Shown piece after piece: positions 45,758 to 49,786 of a stretch of 49,786 nt of DNA; position 1 is the first letter of the stretch, and every line of letters starts with the position of its first letter. Origin of the DNA: Streptosporangiaceae bacterium (GTDB lineage Bacteria > Actinomycetota > Actinomycetes > Streptosporangiales > Streptosporangiaceae); NCBI GenBank assembly GCA_025935815.1, contig JAICUO010000001.1, forward strand, positions 1 to 49,786. The letters are read 5' to 3'. The translations under genes and the position numbers were made by a program. The notes below the pieces were generated by a model. It worked only from the letters and a program-made list of their open reading frames with translations. It did not search any database and was not told the origin of the DNA.

Positions 45758-47101
45758 GTGAGTACCGAACCGGATATGGCAGCCGCCCGCGGTGACCCCG
45801 CGCGATCCCCGCTGCCCCCGCGGCTGCGTCCCCCGGATGCCACCGCTGACCCGGCCCGCATGGCAGCACAGGTCCTCGATGCCCTGGTTCCCGGTTTCGC
45901 CGACGCCGCCGGGATATACGTCCTTGAGCAGCTGCTCAGCGAGGGCAACGCTGACCGGCAGGCAGTCGGCGCCGGACAGCGCGGGCTGGTGGTGCGCAGG
46001 CTGGCCACCCGGCACGCGTCCGCCGACGTGCCGGCCCTGTGGGCGGCCTTCCCGTCCGGTGAGGTGGTGGCGCTCGCCGCCGACTCCCCCACCGTGCGCT
46101 GCCTGCGTGACGGCGCCCCGGTGATCTTCGACCAGCCGGGCAGCCGGGTCCTGCAGTGGATATCCGCGGAAGCCAGGACGACGCTGGGCCGCTACACCTC
46201 GTTCCTGGCCGCGCCGATGGTGACCCGGGGCACCGCGGTCGGCATCCTGGTCCTCGCCCGCGCCCCCGGCGCGCCGCCGTTCCACGGGGCCGACCTGCAG
46301 TCCGCCGCCGACCTGGCCGGGCGCGCGGCCGCGGCCGTCGCCGACTCCCTGGCGCTGATGCGGCACCGGTCGGTGGCCGAGGCATTGCGGCCGCCCCAGC
46401 CGGCCGTCACCCGGGCACCTGCGGGCCGGCTTGAGATCGCCGGGCGATGCCTGCCGGCCACGGGCTGCGACGCCGGCGGCGACTGGTACGACATCATCCC
46501 GCTGCCAGGGGAAAGGACCGGCCTGATCGTCGGCGACGTGATGGGCCACGGCCCAGTGGCCGCCACCGTCATGACCCGGCTCAGCGCGGCCGCCTACGCG
46601 CTGGCGGGCCTGGAGCTGCCACCGTCGGAAGTCATGCGGCAGCTCAACCGGACCGCCCTCGCGCTGCCGCAGGACACGATCGTCACCTGCGCGTACGCCG
46701 TCATCGACCCTGCCCGCCAGTCATGCGTCATCGCGGCCGCCGGCCACCTCCCGCCCGTTTTGGCCATGCCCGACGGCACCACCCGGGTCCTCGGCATGCC
46801 GGGCGGCCAGTCCCTCGGCGTGACCACGGCCAGCTACGGCCAGGCTCGCACCAAGCTCCGGCCGGGGACCATCCTCGCCTTGTACACCGACGGCCTGGTG
46901 GAAACCCGGACCTGCCCCTTCGATCAGGGCATCCTCGCGCTGCGGTCCGCCCTGGCCCGGCCGCGCCGGGACCTGGACGCCACCTGCGCGGAGCTCGCCA
47001 GCTCGCCCGGGGACAGCCGCGAAGACGACATCACGATCGTTCTCGCGAGGATCCCAGCGTCGATCACGCTGCAACGCGACGGTGCAAAACAGCGTAACTA
47101 G
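45758..47101 (+). CDS. GAF + SpoIIE/PP2C-type phosphatase
   Basis: GGDWYD, VGDVMGHG, AGHLPP, LYTDGLVE, EDDITIV; start uncertain (45656-45776). Confidence 0.88.
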   Translation: MSTEPDMAAARGDPARSPLPPRLRPPDATADPARMAAQVLDALVPGFADAAGIYVLEQLLSEGNADRQAVGAGQRGLVVRRLATRHASADVPALWAAFPSGEVVALAADSPTVRCLRDGAPVIFDQPGSRVLQWISAEARTTLGRYTSFLAAPMVTRGTAVGILVLARAPGAPPFHGADLQSAADLAGRAAAAVADSLALMRHRSVAEALRPPQPAVTRAPAGRLEIAGRCLPATGCDAGGDWYDIIPLPGERTGLIVGDVMGHGPVAATVMTRLSAAAYALAGLELPPSEVMRQLNRTALALPQDTIVTCAYAVIDPARQSCVIAAAGHLPPVLAMPDGTTRVLGMPGGQSLGVTTASYGQARTKLRPGTILALYTDGLVETRTCPFDQGILALRSALARPRRDLDATCAELASSPGDSREDDITIVLARIPASITLQRDGAKQRN

Positions 47102-47188
47102 GTAGACTTGGCACGTCTCTGGCCGCTAGCGCTGGGGCCGTTGGGGCTAGCCGCCGGGGAGGCTGCCACCGACTACGGGGAGTGCTGC

Positions 47189-49537
47189 ATGGCTGAAGAC
47201 GGCGGGATGTTCGCTATCCGCCTGGCTGGCTGCAGGCAATTGACCGGCCTGTCCCAGAAGGAGCTGGCCGCGCGATCGGGACTGTCGGTCCGCACGGTCG
47301 GGGGCCTGGAGCGAGGCCGCGTGCGCTCGCCGCATCCGGACACGGTGCGCCGCCTGGCGGATGCCCTCGAGTTGCACGGACAAGCCAGGGATGAGTTCAC
47401 GGCCGACGCCCATCGCCGGCTGGCCGACGCCGCCGGCGAGGCGGAGGCAGCCGCCCCCTTCCCCGCCGGTCAGTCCTCCCCCGGGGCCGGGCCTGGCGCG
47501 CCAGTGCCCCGGCAGCTCCGTCTCGGTGTGCGAGACTTCACCGGCCGCGCGGCCGAGCTGAGCTTCCTGACTGGCCTGCTGAACCCGCCGAGGGGACCGG
47601 GCGGCCGCGGCACCGGGGTGGTCGCCGCCATCGGCGGCATGGCCGGAGTAGGCAAGACCGCGCTGGCGATCCACTGGGCGCACCTGGCCGCCAGGCACTT
47701 CCCCGACGGGCAACTGTATGTGAACCTGCGCGGCTTCGCCTCCTCCGGCGCCCCCGCCACGCCCGCTGAAGCCCTGCACGGGTTCCTCGACGCGCTCGGC
47801 GTGCCACCTGAGCGCATCCCGGCCGGGCAGGACACCCAGGCGGCCCTGTACCGCAGCCTGCTAGCGGAGCGACGGATGCTGATCGTGCTGGACAATGCCC
47901 ACGACGAGGGCCAGGTCCGGCCGCTGTTGCCGGCCAGCCCGGCCAGCATGGTCATCATCACCAGTCGCAACCAGCTCGCCGGGCTGGCCGTCACCGACGG
48001 CACCGAGCTGCTGCGACTGGACATCCTTCCCCATAACGAAGCGGTGCGACTGCTCACCGTCCGCATTGGCGCGAGCCGGGCCACCGCTGAGCCCGCCGCG
48101 ATCCATGAGATCGCACGCTTGTGCGCGCACCTGCCGTTGGCCCTGGCGGTCGCCGCCGCCCGGGCCGCCGCCCGTCCCGGCATCTCGCTCCCCGCTTTGG
48201 CCGACGAATTGCGCGACACCGCTCACCGCCTGGACGTCCTGGATGCCCGCGACCCAGCCGTCAGCGTCGCGGCCGTGTTCTCCTGGTCCTACCGGCAGCT
48301 CGGCGACGACGCGGCACGCATGTTCCGATTGCTGAGCCTGCACCCCGGCCCGGACATCAGCATGCACGCCGCGGCCAGCCTGGCCGCGGTCGACGAGCCG
48401 CAAGCCAGCCGCCTGCTGCTTGACCTCGCCCGCGACTGCCTGCTAACCGAGCACGCGGCCGGCCGGTACGCCTTCCACGACCTGCTGCGCGCCTACGCCG
48501 CCCGCCAGGCCCAGGACCGCGATAGCCCGGCCGACCGCGACGCCGCGATCGGCCGGATCCTCGACTACTACCTGCACACCGCGGCGCGCGGCGCCCTCCT
48601 GCTCGAGCAATCGAGGGAGCGGATCGCACTCGCCCCGGCCAGAGCGGGCGCCGCCCCCGAGCAGCCCAGTGATCGCGGGCAGGCCCTGGCCTGGTTCGAG
48701 GCCGAGCACCAGGTCCTGCTGGCCGTCACCGGCCTTGCCACCAACGTTGGGGCGGACAGCCACGCCTGGCAGCTCCCCTGGGCGATGACGGGGTACCTCC
48801 ACCGCCGCGGCTACGTCCATGAGCGGGTCGCCCTCTTGGGAATTGCCGTGGCAGCCGCTGCCCGCCTTGACGATGCGCTCGGGCAGGCCGTGTCCCTCCG
48901 CGCCCTCGGAAGCGCCTGCATCGACGCGGCTGACCATGATCAGGCCCGCGCTCACCTGGAGCGTTGCCTGTCGCAGTATCAGCGCCTCGATGACCGGACG
49001 GGCGAGGCCTGGGCGCAGCTAGGCTTGTCGAGGCTAGCCGAGGCCCAGGGCAGGTACGCCGACGCTCTCGGCCATGGCGAGCAGGCGCTTCGCATTTACC
49101 AGGCCATCGGCCATCCGGCCGGGCAAGCCCGGGTGCTCAACAGCCTCGCCTGGGGCCACGCTCTCCTGGGCGACTACCATCGAGGCCGTCGCCTCTGCCA
49201 GCAGTCGCTGGCCCTCATCGCCACGCTCGGCGGCTGCGACTTCGAATGCCAGGTCTGGGACACCCTCGGGTACATCGAGCTTCATCTCGGCGACTTCGCC
49301 CAGGCCGCCGCCCATTTCGAGTGCGCGCTCAGCCTCAGCCGGGAAAACGGCGACCGCAACTCTGAAGCGGAAATCCTCACCCACGTCGGCGATGCCCGCC
49401 ACGCCGCTGGCGAGCTGCCGCAGGCCCGCCAGGCCTGGCAGCAGGCGCTGGGCATCTATGACGAGATCCAGCATCCCGGCGCCGATAAGCTCCGCGCCAA
49501 GCTCATCGCGTCGTTTCCCCGCCCCGCCTGCCGGTAG
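47189..49537 (+). CDS. XRE-HTH + NB-ARC + TPR transcriptional regulator
   Basis: LSQKELAARSGLSVRTVGGLERG HTH, GMAGVGKT Walker A, IVLDNA, HLPLAL, FHDLLR, C-terminal TPR repeats; GGGGAG RBS before ATG 47189. Confidence 0.92.
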   Translation: MAEDGGMFAIRLAGCRQLTGLSQKELAARSGLSVRTVGGLERGRVRSPHPDTVRRLADALELHGQARDEFTADAHRRLADAAGEAEAAAPFPAGQSSPGAGPGAPVPRQLRLGVRDFTGRAAELSFLTGLLNPPRGPGGRGTGVVAAIGGMAGVGKTALAIHWAHLAARHFPDGQLYVNLRGFASSGAPATPAEALHGFLDALGVPPERIPAGQDTQAALYRSLLAERRMLIVLDNAHDEGQVRPLLPASPASMVIITSRNQLAGLAVTDGTELLRLDILPHNEAVRLLTVRIGASRATAEPAAIHEIARLCAHLPLALAVAAARAAARPGISLPALADELRDTAHRLDVLDARDPAVSVAAVFSWSYRQLGDDAARMFRLLSLHPGPDISMHAAASLAAVDEPQASRLLLDLARDCLLTEHAAGRYAFHDLLRAYAARQAQDRDSPADRDAAIGRILDYYLHTAARGALLLEQSRERIALAPARAGAAPEQPSDRGQALAWFEAEHQVLLAVTGLATNVGADSHAWQLPWAMTGYLHRRGYVHERVALLGIAVAAAARLDDALGQAVSLRALGSACIDAADHDQARAHLERCLSQYQRLDDRTGEAWAQLGLSRLAEAQGRYADALGHGEQALRIYQAIGHPAGQARVLNSLAWGHALLGDYHRGRRLCQQSLALIATLGGCDFECQVWDTLGYIELHLGDFAQAAAHFECALSLSRENGDRNSEAEILTHVGDARHAAGELPQARQAWQQALGIYDEIQHPGADKLRAKLIASFPRPACR

Positions 49538-49786
49538 CCCGCGACGGGCAGGTCCGCGCGGGAGAACCTCGTGACCCCGCGAGCTCCGGAAAGTCGCCGG
49601 CGGGCGGGCCGGCCCTACCCGGCCGGGCACCTCGTTTTCGGGACCCCGGGAGGCCGCAGCCCCACCTGCCGCTTCCGAGCATGATGGTGAGTCATCGGTG
49701 TCATAGCACAATGCCGCTTACCTCCGGTGTCCCGTCTTCACCGGCTGCCCGGTGCGCCCCGGTAGCCGCTCCAGGTCACGCCTCCG

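Noticed and set aside
47189-49537. NB-ARC-TPR protein as an anti-phage (Avs/NLR-like) system
   Set aside because: N-terminus is an XRE HTH rather than a toxic effector; this architecture is a common actinomycete regulator
1-49786. CRISPR array, tRNA/rRNA, transposase or integrase
   Set aside because: No regularly spaced repeat-spacer array, RNA-gene signature or recombinase motif seen; small ncRNAs cannot be excluded by eye

Overview
High-GC actinomycete-type DNA (judged from codon usage and gene families). About 119-33810 is an NRPS biosynthetic gene cluster that I cannot match to a known product; it may continue left of the window. Its core is one minus-strand operon: NRPS1 (A-T-C-T), NRPS2 (C-A[Thr]-T-C*-A[Asn/Asp-like]-T-C*-A[unknown]-T-degenerate E-fused beta-lactamase/PBP-like serine hydrolase, no classical TE), a FabH-like KSIII, FkbH, an ACP and a VOC enzyme. 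Around it lie a SyrP/TauD-like dioxygenase, an SGNH lipoprotein esterase, a three-gene ebo-like cassette (inositol-phosphate synthase, UbiA prenyltransferase, TatD), an FAD monooxygenase, an MMPL exporter, an ArsR-type and a SARP regulator, and a two-component system. The same heptamer-4-heptamer-9-(-10) motif precedes four separate transcription units, suggesting one SARP regulon that ties the ebo-like cassette and monooxygenase to the NRPS. About 33835-49537 is a mosaic of plant-polysaccharide enzymes (CE8, GH43+CBM13, CE15+CBM2), TerC, GNAT, msrB-msrA, EI24/CysZ, a SAM methyltransferase, a GAF-SpoIIE phosphatase and an XRE-NB-ARC-TPR regulator, plus two deletion relics (a 40-codon Rph/PEP-synthase stub and an ECF-sigma/partner in-frame chimera). 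No rRNA, tRNA, CRISPR array or transposase was seen. All family calls are from motif recognition by eye; no searches were run and domain boundaries are approximate.
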